64,000 bases of DNA, from NCBI RefSeq assembly GCF_963921235.1, contig NC_086097.1, positions 95,792,001-95,856,000 of the forward strand, in the 5' to 3' direction. Shown here one piece after another: positions 38,380-51,654 of this stretch. The notes below the pieces were generated by a model. That model made no database searches. It was not told the origin of the DNA and worked only from the letters and a program-made list of their open reading frames with translations. Position 1 is the stretch's first letter. The number at the start of each line of letters is the position of its first letter. Both the position numbers and the translations under genes were made by a program. The stretch is from Mobula hypostoma (lineage: Eukaryota).

Positions 38380-39070
38380 GAAGATGTTGTTGAGCCCTTA
38401 GCTTCCCATGGAGCATAGGCCATCGATGACCTCCTCTCTCCATCGTCCTCCGTTCTGAGCCACTTTCTCAAGGGCAGATCATCAAATTTCAGACTCATAT
38501 CCCTGCTCCATGTGTTCTTTGGAAGTCCTGTTTTCCTCTTTCCTTGGGGATTCCATTTTAATACCTGCCTCGTGATGTTGTTGGTTGGTTTTCTCAAGGT
38601 GTGACCAATCCACCTCTATTTCAGTTTCCTATTTGTATCTCTATGGATTCCTGGTTGGTGTTTTCCCACTTTGTTGGTCCACCTGATATTCAGGATCCTT
38701 CTCAGGCACTGGTTGATGAAAGCCTACAGTTTTCGATGTGTCTTCTTTGTTGTTCTCTGGATGTCCAGGATGTTGAGACTGCTCTGATCTTGCTGATCTT
38801 GGCTTTGACATCCTCATCTCTTCCACCATATACACTCACAATGCTTCCAAGATAGACAAAGAAAGTCATTTTTTCCAGGCTTGTATCTTCCATCACTATG
38901 GGTCTATTGCTGGTGCATTTATCTTCATCACTTTTGTTTTATCTACATTTGCTCTTAGACCAAGTATGGTGGAGTTAGCGGTCAAGATTTCTCTTGCATC
39001 TTTTGATTAGAGCTAGATAACAGGGCGATGTCATCTGCAAACTCAAAGTCATCAATTTGCTGCCACATAG
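38380..39070 (-). mobile_element. RTE-clade LINE 3' fragment (degraded)
   Basis: DDFEFADDIALL, FVYLGSIVSVYGGRDEDVKAKISK and [29 protein letters not shown]. Confidence 0.8.
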
Positions 39071-40399
39071 TCCACTCGATTCCAAAGATACCTGTAAGAA
39101 AATACCGTGTCCTGAAGTGCATTTTCCTGTGTCATTCTGTGTCAGTTTTGAATTGGTGGAGATGAGGAGTTGATGGGCATTTGAGCAGAAACAAGTTACC
39201 ACTCAAATAAGAGGGGGAAATGGAATGATTGGGATTGCCTCGAGAGCTGGCATAGACACAATAGGCTCAATAGCTCCTTCTGTGTGGGCTTAAGGAAAAA
39301 TGAAACCTCTTGGATGAAATATAGTTGGGCAAGTGCCAGTACAAAATCCATGGCTGAGTAGACTTAACCTTCATACAGATAAGCAAACTATTTCTACTGT
39401 GACCTGGGATTGCAGAATGTGGTGGAGGTAGTTTTTTAGATGAATATGTTGAGAAACTAACTATGGAATTGACTACTGTAGATCAAATGCTGGTCATCGG
39501 TAATATAGGAACTTCTGAGGTGGTAAAATTGTATGATACATTTTAAATTGAGTTTCGGAGTGAGTTCCAAAACCGGGATTTTAAACTTGGCCAAAGCAAG
39601 CTATGTACTGTAGGTCTAAAAGAAAGATGTAGGTTGGTAGTTTTATAAATCACATTAAAGCGTATGATAGGAGATCGACAGTAGAAAACATTTAAAGAAA
39701 CAGTTGGTAAGTCACTAGATATACAGTCACTTACAGAATAAAAGTCCCATGGGAAAAGGGATACATCAGGAGATGTTAACTTCAATACTAAACTAAAGGA
39801 GGAAGCTTATAATGCTGTCAAAGCGTGAAGTGAGACTGATTGTGAGACTGGTGGACTTTGATTTCAGCAGAAGGTGACCAAGAATCCAATGGAAGGAAAG
39901 TAAATTGCAAACTTAAACTTGGAAGAAACATTAAAGCAGATTACAAGTACTTCTAGAAAAGGAAAGTATGTAAAAGGAAGAAATTAGCAAAGGTAAACAT
40001 GGGGCCCTAATAAGGATAGACAAAAGAAATATTAATAAGAAATGTAGAAATAAAAGAGATATTTTATAATGGTTGAAACCACAAATTTATTCTGGAAATA
40101 ATGGGAAACTAGGAATCAAAAGAGAAAGAGGAGCTTCAAGAAATTAGTAATCGTGAAGAAGTAATGTGAAAGAAATTATCACCTAACTAGTTAAGAAATT
40201 AAACTGGGATCAGTGAATTAATTAGCCCAAAATTACCTGTAGAATAATTCTAGATTCTGTTGTTACAGACATTATGACAAAACAGTTGGGAATTATAATA
40301 TCTACTGTATGAGCATATTGAATGTATATTTATAGATATTAAACTATATTGGAGAAACCTGTTTGATCTTTCCATTTTTATCTAGCAGGGGAAAAAAGG

Positions 40400-41610
40400 G
40401 AGGCACTATTAGAGCAGTGAGATCAGGGTTCTACATGGGTCCAAGCTACGCTTGTCTGTTTGTGGGACGCATTCAATAATTTTCTTTCTTTCATACTTGC
40501 TCAGACACTTTCCCTCAACTCTTTCTTGTATATTGATAGCTGCATTGGTGATGCTTCTTGCTCTGATAAAGAACTTTCAACACCTTTGCTACCAATTTTC
40601 GATCCTGTTCTGTTTCTCTCCTCATCTTTCCTTTCCTTTCTTTTCTTATCTCTATCTCATTCCAGGGAGATAGATTAGCATAGACTCCCACCTGCTCTCG
40701 CCACGCTTACTGGAAGGACTCTGTTCATTCTCCCAGATGTCTCCATCACATCTTATCTAAATAAGCTGCTTTCCAGTTCTTTCAGGATATTTCCCTTTTT
40801 CCTTAATGGTGGTCTTTCTTCTGGGTTGTAGGTTGGACTCTCCCCATTCTTTGTTCCATTTCCCATACCTCTAGTTTCATGCCCTCTCCTTCTACCAAAC
40901 CAAGGATGGGGTTTCCTTTGTCCGTTCCACTCCTCCACCCTCCACATTCTAGACCATCCTCCATAATTTGACATGCCATGCAGCGGGTTGCAAACATCAG
41001 ACTCATCTCCCATTCAGTATTCTGGATGAACCATTCCCTCCATGATTTTCTGCTTCAGTCTTCCATCTTCTCCAATACATTCTCCTCCACTCACACAAGT
41101 TGCAGGAACAACCTCACCCTTTTACCTCTTCCTTTTCCATCATCCAGACACTCAAATAGTCCTTCTAGTGAAGTAAAAATACATCCAACTTACTACAGTG
41201 CATTTAGTGCTCGGATATGATTTCTCAGATATTAGAATAAACCACATACCCGATGGGATGACTGCTTTGCGGAATACCTCAGTTCAGTATGAAAAGGTGA
41301 CCCCCCCCCTCAAGCTTCCAACCACCTATTACTTTAAATCCCATCCCATATTCACCCTGCAATCTCTGTAATCAATGGCACCCAGTGAGGAACATCATCT
41401 CATCTTTCAACCTTGCATGACACAGACATCAGGACTCATAGTTGAATTCAAAGATTTGAAATAACCAGCCTTTGTCAATCTTGATGACATTCCATCAACC
41501 TTAGCATCACTCCTGTTTCTCTCTCTCCTCAGGTATGCCTGTTGTGCTGAGTAGTTCCATCATTCTCTATTTTATTGCAAGTTTCCCGTGTTTGTAGTAT
41601 TTTATAGCTG
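40400..41610 (+). mobile_element. Old Penelope-like element (RT to endonuclease), heavily degraded
   Basis: atgggtccaagctacgcttgtctgtttgtggg = MGPSYACLFVG; FLYIDSCIG (YIDD-derived); downstream remnants of the GIY-YIG tail and terminal repeat. Confidence 0.7.
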
Positions 41611-42134
41611 TCAGTACCACCAAGGTGCTTTTTTCTCTCTCTCTCTCTGCCCTCTTCTGATTCATCGCCTTCTATTCATGTTGTTTCCATAAAGATCAGC
41701 GGTAATTAACAAATCTTCACCACCTTCTCTCAACCCTGAGCACCACTTGATTCACTCTGTTTATCTTGGTTTTCACCCTGTCACATGTGTTCCCTTTCTT
41801 CTCATCTTCCCTCACTCTTTTCATAGCTTAAAACATGTTTGATTTCTGAACTCTGTTCATTCTGATAATAGCTTATTAACTTGAAATCTGTCTTCATAGA
41901 TCCTCCCCGACCTGTTGAGTATTCCCAGCGTCCCTTTTTATTTCAGATTTCAGCAGATTTTGTTTCTCCACTTTCTAATAATGGGCTGAGTACTAAAACT
42001 ACAACTCGGCTGATCCGCTGTGTGCTGTAGCTCCAGAACAGTTACATGCTGTGTGCAACAGTTCCAGGGTTGTTACTGGATGGGTGCCAATACTACACTT
42101 TTAATATGGTGTAATAGCAGAACTAGAATTATAC

Positions 42135-42372
42135 TACACACAACATGCTGGAGGAACTCGGCAGGCCAGGCAGAATCTGTGAAAAAAGGTAGTCGACGTT
42201 TTGGACCGAGAGCCTTTGGCAAGAAGGATCGGCAGTCCTGCCGAGGGGTTTTGGCCCAAAACGTGGACTGTACTGTTTTCCATAGGTGCTGCCTGGCCTG
42301 CTGAGTTCCTCCAGCATTTTGTGTGTGTTGCTTAGGATTTCCAGCATCTGCAGATTTTCTCTTGTTTGTGGC
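42135..42372. mobile_element. Hairpin element made of two inverted PLE terminal repeats
   Basis: The arms (about 42136-42208 and 42253-42328) are reverse complements; hammerhead remnants sit at the centre. Confidence 0.75.
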
Positions 42373-44628
42373 TCGAATTAAATGCTATATGGTTTAACTC
42401 CAGAATCAGAATTCAGCTGTGAGCCTATACGCCAGGGTTATTTCTACGTAAAATGCTATAACTAGAAGAATGTGCTTTTTCTCCCTTATAATTATTTTGA
42501 TTCATAATGAAGAATGAAAATGCTTACTTATATTTCTGGACACATCTACATCATTGGACAAAACACAAAACTGGAGATGCTGGAAATCCAAAATGAAAAG
42601 AAGGAATACAGGTTAGGGAGTAACTGTGGAAAGAAAACAGAATTTTAGGACAAAAGCCCTTCATCAAAGCAAAGAAAGAGGAATCAAATTCCTCACAGAG
42701 CATGTAGGAGAAAAATGGATTGGACAAAGGCAATGCCTCTGCTAGTGTGAGATCAGTACTGCTATGCTGATAAGCTGTTGATGAGGCCATCTGCTTGATA
42801 AGTTAATGAGGACCACTATTCGCAATAGTGACAACATATAAAAGGACTTGCAATATCTGTGAAACATGGGTAAGAGTGGTAGGAAGTGCCCTGTGGATCA
42901 GCAGAGAGAGAAGAGCTGATTTAATGAGGCAAATGGTAATCCGAAACAGAACAGGCCAATTCCCAACAAAAGCAGAGAAAGTGAATTTAATAATTTAATA
43001 CTATTGAGTCCAACGGGCTGGAATTTCCCCATTTGGAAGATGACGTGATTTCTCAAGTGTACATTGAGCCTCATTAGAACAGAGGAGCTCACGGACTGAT
43101 GGGTCAGTTCTAAATGGGCTGATGTATGGTCCAAAGGCAATAAACATAATGGGTTGGATAGAGTTACGATTGTTGGTTATTCCTTAATTAACTGCTGAAG
43201 GTCAGCCACACCAAGCTAAGTAAGTGCCAACCTGGCGTGCACCTTCTGCTTTCATTGTTTAGAGGAATGAAGGGCAATATTGTCAAAACCTTGAAGAAAG
43301 TTTCACAGGTCTTTACAGGGTAGATGCTGAAAGGACATTTCCTCTCATGGGGAGTCCAGGATGAAGAGGAATACCTTCTCTCAGTGTTGTGAATCCTTGA
43401 AATTTTCTACCCCGAAGAGCTGTGGAAGTGAGCTGACTGATTCCCTACACACCATCCATTAGACAAGCCATCTACTCCTAGCCCTGCTCGTATTTCTTAC
43501 TGTATGCGCTTGTGTATAAAACAAGTGCTCTTGGCTCTGCAGAATAGATGGGAAAGCATAGGAAAGGTAACTTTAGCTATCAAATTTAATGATTTAGATC
43601 TTACTTTAATATCACTGCTTTAATTTCTAATAGTTTTAATTCTTAAAGCACTTTTAAAAACATTAGTATTTCTGAATGTCAGTGATAGTTAAGAATGGTT
43701 ATAAGGCTGTGCAACCATATTTCAACGTTTAAGAAATGTGACAATTTGTGCACACGGGACTCTGATGGATTGTTTAACTCCGGGAATTCACCACAGGTTG
43801 TGTTGCTCGTAAATGAAATGCAATCAGTCAGAGAACATAAAACCTATAGGTGGAATATTGTGTATTCTTTTTCACTTTATTCAATTAAAAAAAAGGAGAC
43901 TGTTTATTATGTTTGCTGGATTCTTGGTTATTGGCTCAGGATGGTTCCGATGAGGGTTTCTCCAGCATGGAAGGATACCACGGGCCTTTAACAGGGTGAA
44001 TATCTACACTTTCTTAATGTATAGGAAGTCCCTCATTAGTCAGTGCATGCACAGTTTAATAAAAGCTTCCTGCGTCACACAATTGGCATGTTCAACCCTG
44101 CTCCTTCTATGATAGGTTTGAAAACCCTCAGTGAATGGCTATGTTTTTATCAGGCCTCTGAAACAGGCACACTTTTGAAAATGTGCCGTTCCAGTTTAGC
44201 ATTTGGCTTCCTCTTGCCAGGTTTCCTGCCACACTCTGTTAGGCTCAATGATTGAAATGCAGTGCTCAGAATATCTGGGTCATTCTACCGCTGGGACCTG
44301 GATCAGTAACCACCTCGGCTGCCATGCACTCTCGGACACCAAATTTGGAAAAGGAAATGTGCTTAGTAAACTTCTTAATTCAAAAATGCCGAGGAACATG
44401 AGAGTTAGGAAGATTCAAATTCAATCAGAAAATAACTGTAGGAATATTTTTGAATTATTTACTATACCAACAACGGTTGGGGAATCCAGACAACATTCCC
44501 TCTAACCCAATGTCCAGATGTTTGATGTACACAGAGAACTGAGGCAGCCCCAGAGCAGAACCCTGTGGGTGACACTGAACCATTCAGCATCTGAGTCGAG
44601 TGAGGTGATGAGGATGATGATGATAATA

Positions 44629-45172
44629 CCAGGGGTGATTGATAAGTTCATGGCCTAAGGTAGAAGGAGTCAATTTTAAAGAACCTAGCACATTTATTTT
44701 CCAACATAGTCCCCTCCTACATTTACACACTTAGGCCAGCGGTCGTGGAGCATACGGATCTTGGACCTCCAGTAAGTGCCCACAGCAGGGGTGATTGATA
44801 AGTTCGTGGCCACAGCTCTTGTTACATGCACATACAGTTCAACTCTTTGAGTGATTATGCAGAAAGTTAATAACTCATCTGCTATTAACTCATCAGGGGT
44901 GATTGATAAGTTTGTGGCCTAAGGTAGAAGGAGATGAGTTAAGCATGTGCATGTAACGAGAACTGTATAACTCACCTCCTTCTACCTTAAGCCACGAACT
45001 TATTAATCACCCCTGCTGTGGACACTTTCTGGAGGGCCAAGATCAATACGCCCCACGACCGCTGGAATAAGTGTGTAAATGTAGGAGGGGACTATGTTGA
45101 AAAATAAATGTGCTAGGTTTTCTAAGATTGACTCCTTCTACCTTAGGCCACAAACTTATCAATCACCCCTAG
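44629..45172. mobile_element. Palindromic Tc1/mariner-type MITE (copy 2) with a TA TSD
   Basis: ta|ccaggggtgattgataagttcatggcctaaggtagaagg ... ccttctaccttaggccacaaacttatcaatcacccctag|ta; same family as 28026-28648. Confidence 0.88.
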
Positions 45173-45540
45173 TATTGCATTTGGCATCACTGGGTTTAAA
45201 TTAAAAATGTATAAAAATATAAAAGCGTATTAAATTAATGGAGCTATCCATTACTCATTCCAAGCGCTGAGAAAATACCTTCATCTTGAGGGAGAGTTTA
45301 GATAGGTTAGGATTTTATTCCCTGGACCACAAGAGAATGAGGGGAGATCCTACAGAGGTATAAAAAAATTATGAGGGAAATCGATAGGGTGAATGCGTGG
45401 GTGAGACCAGAACTTCAGGTAATTGATTAATAGTGAAAAGTGGAAAATTTAAGGGGATTCTGGGAAGAAACTACTTCACTCAGAATGTGGTGTGAGTGTG
45501 GAACAAGCTGCCAGCACAAGTGGTAGATGCTGGTTTAATT

Positions 45541-48500
45541 CAGGATCAGAATCAGATTTAATATCACCAGCATATGTCATGAAATTTGTTGTCTTTACGG
45601 CATCAGTACAATGCAATAGATAAAAATAGAAAAAAATGGATTACAGTAAACATACATATATATAATAGTTACATTAAATAAGTAGCGAAAAAAACGTAGT
45701 GAGGTAGTGTCCAAGGGTTCAATGTCCATTCAGAAATCAGATGGCAGAGCGGAAGAAGCTGTTCCTGAATCACTGAGTGTGTATCTTCACGCTCCTGAAT
45801 GAAAATTGAGCTCCCTGATGAGCTCAATTACTTTTACGCTCACTTTGATTGAGAGAACAAGGAGGTCACCCTCAAAGCGGATCTCCCACCTGGTGAACTG
45901 CCTCTCTCACTTTCCACCTCCGATGTTTGCGCCACCCTGAGCAGGGTGAATGTACGGAAGGCCGTTGGTCCCGGATGGAATACCTGGCAGTGTGCTCAGA
46001 GTCTGTGCAGGGCAGTTGGCCGGGGTCTTCATGGACATTTTTAATCCGTCACTGGCCCAGGCAGTTGTCCCCACAAGCTTCAAGATCGCCACCATCGTGC
46101 CAGTGCTGAAACATTCCACTGCCACGGGCCTGAATGACTTCTGCCCAGTTGCACTCACCCCCATCATTGCAAAGTGCTTTGAGAGACTGGTTCTATCACA
46201 TCTGAAATCCTGTCTGCCCACTACCCTGGACCCCCATCAATTTGCCTATTCCACCAACAGGTCAACAGAGGATGCCATCTCCACAGCACTTCACTCTGCC
46301 CTGACCCACCTGGACAGCCCCAACTCTTACATCAGAATGCTGTTCATTGACTTTAGTTTGGAATTCAATACTGTGATCCCCTCCAAGCTGATCACTAAAC
46401 TTCGCCAGCTTTGTATCAGCTCATCCCTCTGCAATTGGACCTTGGACTTTCTGACTAACAGACCCCAATCAGTTAAGTTAGACAACCTCTCCTCCTCCAC
46501 TCTCACCCTGAACACCGACGTGCCTCAAGGCTGTGTGCTGAGCCCTCTTCTGTACTCCCTTTTCACCCATGATTGCGTTCCTATACATGGTTCTAACTCT
46601 ATAATCAAGTTCGCAGATGACACCACAGTGGTTGGTCTGATCAGAGGGGATGACGAGATGGCCTACAGGGACGAGGTCCAGCACCTGGCCGCATGGTGTG
46701 CCGACAACAACCTGGCCCTCAACACCCAGAAGACCAAAGAGATCATTGTGGACTTCAGGCATGCTAGGAGCCACACTCACGTCCCCATCTACATCAACAG
46801 AGCTATAGTGGAGCGTGCATCAAGCTTCAAATTCCTTGGTATCCACATTTCCGATGATCTCACCTGGTCCCTGAACTCCTCCATCCTGATCAAAAAGGCG
46901 CACAGTGCCTTTATTTCCTGCGAAGCATCAAGAAAGCTCATCTCTGTCCCAGGATACTGATGGACTTTTACCGCTGTACCATTGAGAGCATACTCACCAA
47001 CTGCATCTGAGTGTGGTGTGGCAATTGTCCCGTATCGGACCGCAAAACACTCCAATGTGTGGTGAAAACTGCTCAGCGGATTATCGGCACCTAATTGCCC
47101 ACCATTGTGAACATCTACCATAAACGCTGCCTGGGCAGGGCGAATAGCATTATCAAGGATACATCTCACCCTAACCATGGACTTTTTACTCTCCTCCCAT
47201 CTGGTAGGCGCTACAGGAGCCTCCACTCCTGCACCAGCAGGCACAGGAAGAGCTTCTTCCCTGAGGCTGTGACCCTGCTGAACCTCACATCACAACGCTA
47301 AGCAGTATTGCACCCATATTGTACTGTCTCAGAACTTTTATATTTGTGTGCTGTAGCACTTACTTTTTATACGCAGTTATTTTGCAGATAACACTATTCT
47401 TTGCATTTCTGGTCAGATGCTAATTGCATTTCATTGGCTTCGTATCTGTACTCGGCACAATGATAATAAAGTTGAATCTAATCGAATTTAATTCTGTAGC
47501 AATGAGATGAGGGCACGTTCTGGGTGATGGGAATCCTTAATGATGGATGCCACCTTTATGAGGCATCACTCCTTGAAGACATTCTGGATACCATGGAGGC
47601 AAGTGACCATGAAAGAGCTGAGTAAATTCTCTGCAGTTTATTTTGATCCTGTGCAGTAGCCACTTCCTCCCATACCAGGCAGTGATGCCGTCACACTATA
47701 TCTGTAAAAATTTTGTGAGTGTCTATGGTGACATACCAAATCTCCTCAAACTCCTGATGAAATAAAACCACTGTCTTGCTTTCTTTGTAACTACATCGAT
47801 ATGTTGGGTCCAGGATAGACCCTCAAGAGATATTGACATACAGGAACTTGAAATTGCTCACTCTTTCCACTTCTGACCCCTCTCTGAGGACTGGTGTGTG
47901 TTCCCTCGTCTAACCCTTTCTGAAGTCCACAATCAGTTCTTTGGTCTTACTGACACTGAGTGCAAGGTTTTTGCTGTGACACCACTCAACTAGTTGATCT
48001 ATCTCACTCCTGTACACCTTCTCATCACCATCTGAAATTCTGCTAAGAATAGTTGTATCATCAACAAACTTATAGATGGCATTTGAGCTGTGCCTAGCCA
48101 CTTATGTGTGAGGCTGTAGAGAGAGTAGAGCAGTGGGCTAAGCACACATCCCTGAGCTGTGCCAGTGTTGATTGTCAGCGAGGAGATGTTATTATTGATC
48201 CGCACAGATTGTAGTTTTCTGGTTAGGAAGTTGAGGATCCAGTTGCAGAGAGAGGTACAGAGGCCCAGGGTCTGGAGCTTTTCAATCAGAACTGTATGAA
48301 TAATGGTGTTAAACACTGAACTGTAGTTGATAAACAGCATCCTGACATAGGTGCTTGTATTTTCCAGGAAATCCAAGAGCCAGTGAGATTGCTTCTATTG
48401 TGCAGATAGGCAAATTGCAGTGGGTCCAGGTTCTTGCTGAAACAGGTGTTGATTCTAGCCATAACCAACCTCTCAAAGCATTTCATCACCATAGATGTGA

Positions 48501-48630
48501 GTGCTACTGTTCGATAGTCTTTAAGGCAGCTCACCCTGATCTTCTTGGGCACTGGTATGACTGCTTTCCCTTTGAAGCAGGTGTGAACTTCCAACTGTAG
48601 CAATGAGAGATTGAAAATGTCTTTGAACAT
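45541..48630 (-). mobile_element. Rex1-type LINE (host), interrupted by an opposite-strand Rex1
   Basis: [63 protein letters not shown]; gatcagaatcag tail at 45544. Confidence 0.85.
45798..47490 (+). mobile_element. Relatively intact Rex1/Babar LINE RT region (5'-truncated)
   Basis: ORF 45950-46960 (336 aa): [76 protein letters not shown] near 47465. Confidence 0.93.
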
Positions 48631-48653
48631 ATGTAACATTTAATTGTAACATT

Positions 48654-50392
48654 TCTCAGAATCAGAATCAGGTTTATTATCACCAGCATGTGTTGTGAAA
48701 TTTGTTAACTTAGCAGCAACAGTTCAATGCAATACAAAATCTAGCAGAGAGAGAAAAAAAAACATAATTAATAAACAAGTAAATCAATTACATATATTGA
48801 ATAGATTTTTAAAAATGTGCAGAAACAGAAATACTGTATATTAAAAAAGTGAGGTAGTGTCCAAAGCTTCAACGTCCATTTAGGAATCGATGGCAGAGGG
48901 GAAGAAGCTGTTCCTGAATCGCTGAGTGTGTGCCTTCAGGCTTCTGTATCTCCTACCTGATGGTAACAGTGAGAAAAGGGCATGCCCTGGGAGCTGGAGT
49001 CTTTAATAATGGACGCTGCCTTTCTGAGACACCGCTCCCTAAAGATGTCCTGGGTATTTTGTAGGCTAGTGCCCAAAATGGAGCTGACTAGATTTAGAAC
49101 CTTCTGCAGCTTCTTTCGGTCCTGTGCAGTAGCCCCTCCATACCAGAGAGTGATGCAGCCTGTCAGAATGCTCTCCACAGTACAACTGTAGAAATTTTTG
49201 ACTTTATTTGTTGACATGCCAAATCTCTTCAAACTCCTAATAAAGTATAGCCGCTGTCTTGCCTTCTTTATGACTACTTTATACTTTATACTTTATTGTC
49301 ACCAAACAATTGATACTAGAGCGTACACTCATCACAGCAATATTTGATTCTGCTCTTCATGCTCCCTGGAGTACAAATTGATAGTAAATATTAAAAATTT
49401 AAATTACAAATCATAAATAGAAAATAGAAAAAGGAAGGTAAGGTAGTGCAAAAAAACCAAGTGGCAGGTCTGGATATTTGGAGGGTATGGTCCAGATCTG
49501 GGTCAGGATCCGTTCAACAGTCTTATCACAGTTGGAAAGAAGCAGTTCCCAAATCTGGCTGTACGAGTCTTCAAGCTCCTGAACCTTCTCCCGGAGGGAA
49601 GAGGGAGGAAAAGTGTGTTGGCTGGGTGGGTTGTGTCCTTGATTATCCTGGCAGCATTGCTCCGACAGCATGAGGTGTAAAGTGAGTCCAAGGACAGAAG
49701 ATCAGTTTGTGTGATGTGCTGGGCTGTGTTCACGATCTTCTGCAGCTTCTTCCGGTCTTGGACAGGGCAACTTCCATACCAGGTTGTGATGCACCCCAGA
49801 AGAATGCTTCATCAATATGTTGAGACCAGGTTAGATCCTCAGAGATCTTGACACCCAGGATCTTGAAGCTGCTCTCTCGCTCCACTTCTGATCCCTCTAT
49901 GAGGATTGTTATGTGTTCCTTCATCTTACCTTTCCTGAAGTCCACAATCAACTCTTTCGTCTTACTGACGTTGAGTGCCAGGTTGTTGCTGCGGCACCAC
50001 TCCACTAGTTTGCATATCTCACTCCTGTACGCCCGCTCGTCACCACCTGAGATTCTACCAACATCTGTAACATCAGCAAATTTGTAGATGGTATTTGAGC
50101 TATGCCTAGCCGCATAGTCATGTGTATAGAGGGAGTAGAGCAGTGGGCTAAACACACACCCCTGAGGTGTGCCACTGTTGATCGTCAACAAGGAGGATAT
50201 GTTATCACCAATCCACACAGACTGTGGTCTTTTGGTTAGGAAGTTGAGGATCCAATTGCAGAGGGAGGTACAGAGACCCAGGTTCTGCAACTTTGTGGGA
50301 ATGATGGTATTAAATGCTGAGATATTGTTGATGAACAGCATCCTGACGTAGGTGTTTGTGTTGTCCAGGTGGTCTCAAGCTGTGTGGAGAGC
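48654..50392 (-). mobile_element. Rex1-type LINE hosting another Rex1 3' fragment (49277-49810)
   Basis: ORF 49730-50341 ([38 protein letters not shown]). The insert has an (ataaagt)n tail and is near-identical to 55146-55680. Confidence 0.85.
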
Positions 50393-50884
50393 TTTGAAAG
50401 GTACATAAATGAGAGGGATTTGCGGGGATATGGTCTGGGTGCAGGTAGATGGGACTAGGTAGAAGATCAGGTCAGCACAGACTAGATGGACTGAAGGGCC
50501 TGTTTCAATGCTGTAGTGCTCTGTGACTCTATGACCTGCTGCTCTCCTGCTCCTTGTCAGTGTCCTTACAGTCTGCTTCTCCCACCACCACTTCCTCCAC
50601 TCAACACCACATGGTATTCACTGGCTGCCATTTTGCCAACTCAGTTTTCACTGCATCTCCACCATTAACATCATCTTGTTAAGAACTTGGAAATCATATT
50701 TGAAATCTGTGCTGATTACCATTACCTGTAATCAATCCAACCTGCTTTTCATATTTTCCTACATTTTTTTAAATCTAAACCCAGTATGCCAAATACATCA
50801 CTGTCATCCCCGCCCGACTTGAATCAAATGTCGAATAGTTATTGATTAAAAAGATAGTCACTGGCACAGTGTCCTCAGCCTGGC

Positions 50885-51390
50885 ACCCTGTTACCCACTG
50901 AACCTTCACTGGTGTTAATCCAGCTCCCTCGCAGTGTCTCTCAGTAACTCTTCCTCCCACTGACTGCATCTGCACAAACGTAAATCCTGCTTTCACTCAG
51001 TATCTCCTCTCCCCCAACATCCTGCATTACTGCCTGTACTTTCTCTGGTATAATCCAACTCCTTCACACCGTCACATAGGCACCCTTCTCCTCAGCACCT
51101 TTTTTTTTATATACAGTATACTGACTGAACATCACTTAATGTTAATCAACTTTCTCACATGGTCACTCAGTCCTCTCCCTATCACCCAGTGTTACCGACT
51201 GCACCTCTAAGTTAAACCGGTCCCTTCACATTGTCATTCAGTAGCCCTCTCCCTCCCCCAGTGCCCAGTGTTACAGACTGTACGTATTTAGGCTGGTATC
51301 AATCCAGCTTTTTCACACTGTTACTCAATAAACCCTCTCCCCCAACCCTCTTGGCATGGGACTGTTTCACTATGTCTGTTAATCCAGCCA
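50885..51390 (+). repeat. Degenerate ~75-bp tandem repeat, about 7 units
   Basis: Recurring motif cagtgttactgactg(t/c)ac...gttaatccagct..ttcacactgtcactcagta..cctctcccc. Confidence 0.65.
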
Positions 51391-51654
51391 CTTAAAATTG
51401 TTGGATTCATTAACTCATTCCAGCAATCACCAAATTAAACCGGAAGCATCGAAAATGATGGCTTAAGGGTTTAAAAAATAGTCATTGAAACATAACACTA
51501 GAAAAGCAGCTGTCCACGGTTTACACGTCTGAAACTCACCCCATGAGTTGGGAGTGGCATAGTGGTGTGGCTCAGAGAGTTACCGCCTCACAGGTCCAGA
51601 ACCCAGGTTGAATGCTGCCTTCCAGTGCTGTCTGTGTGGTGTTTGCACGTACTC

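Noticed and set aside
45950..46960. 336-aa reverse transcriptase as a functional or domesticated gene
   Set aside because: It is a truncated Rex1 copy with a frameshift near 46900, downstream stops and many relatives in the window.
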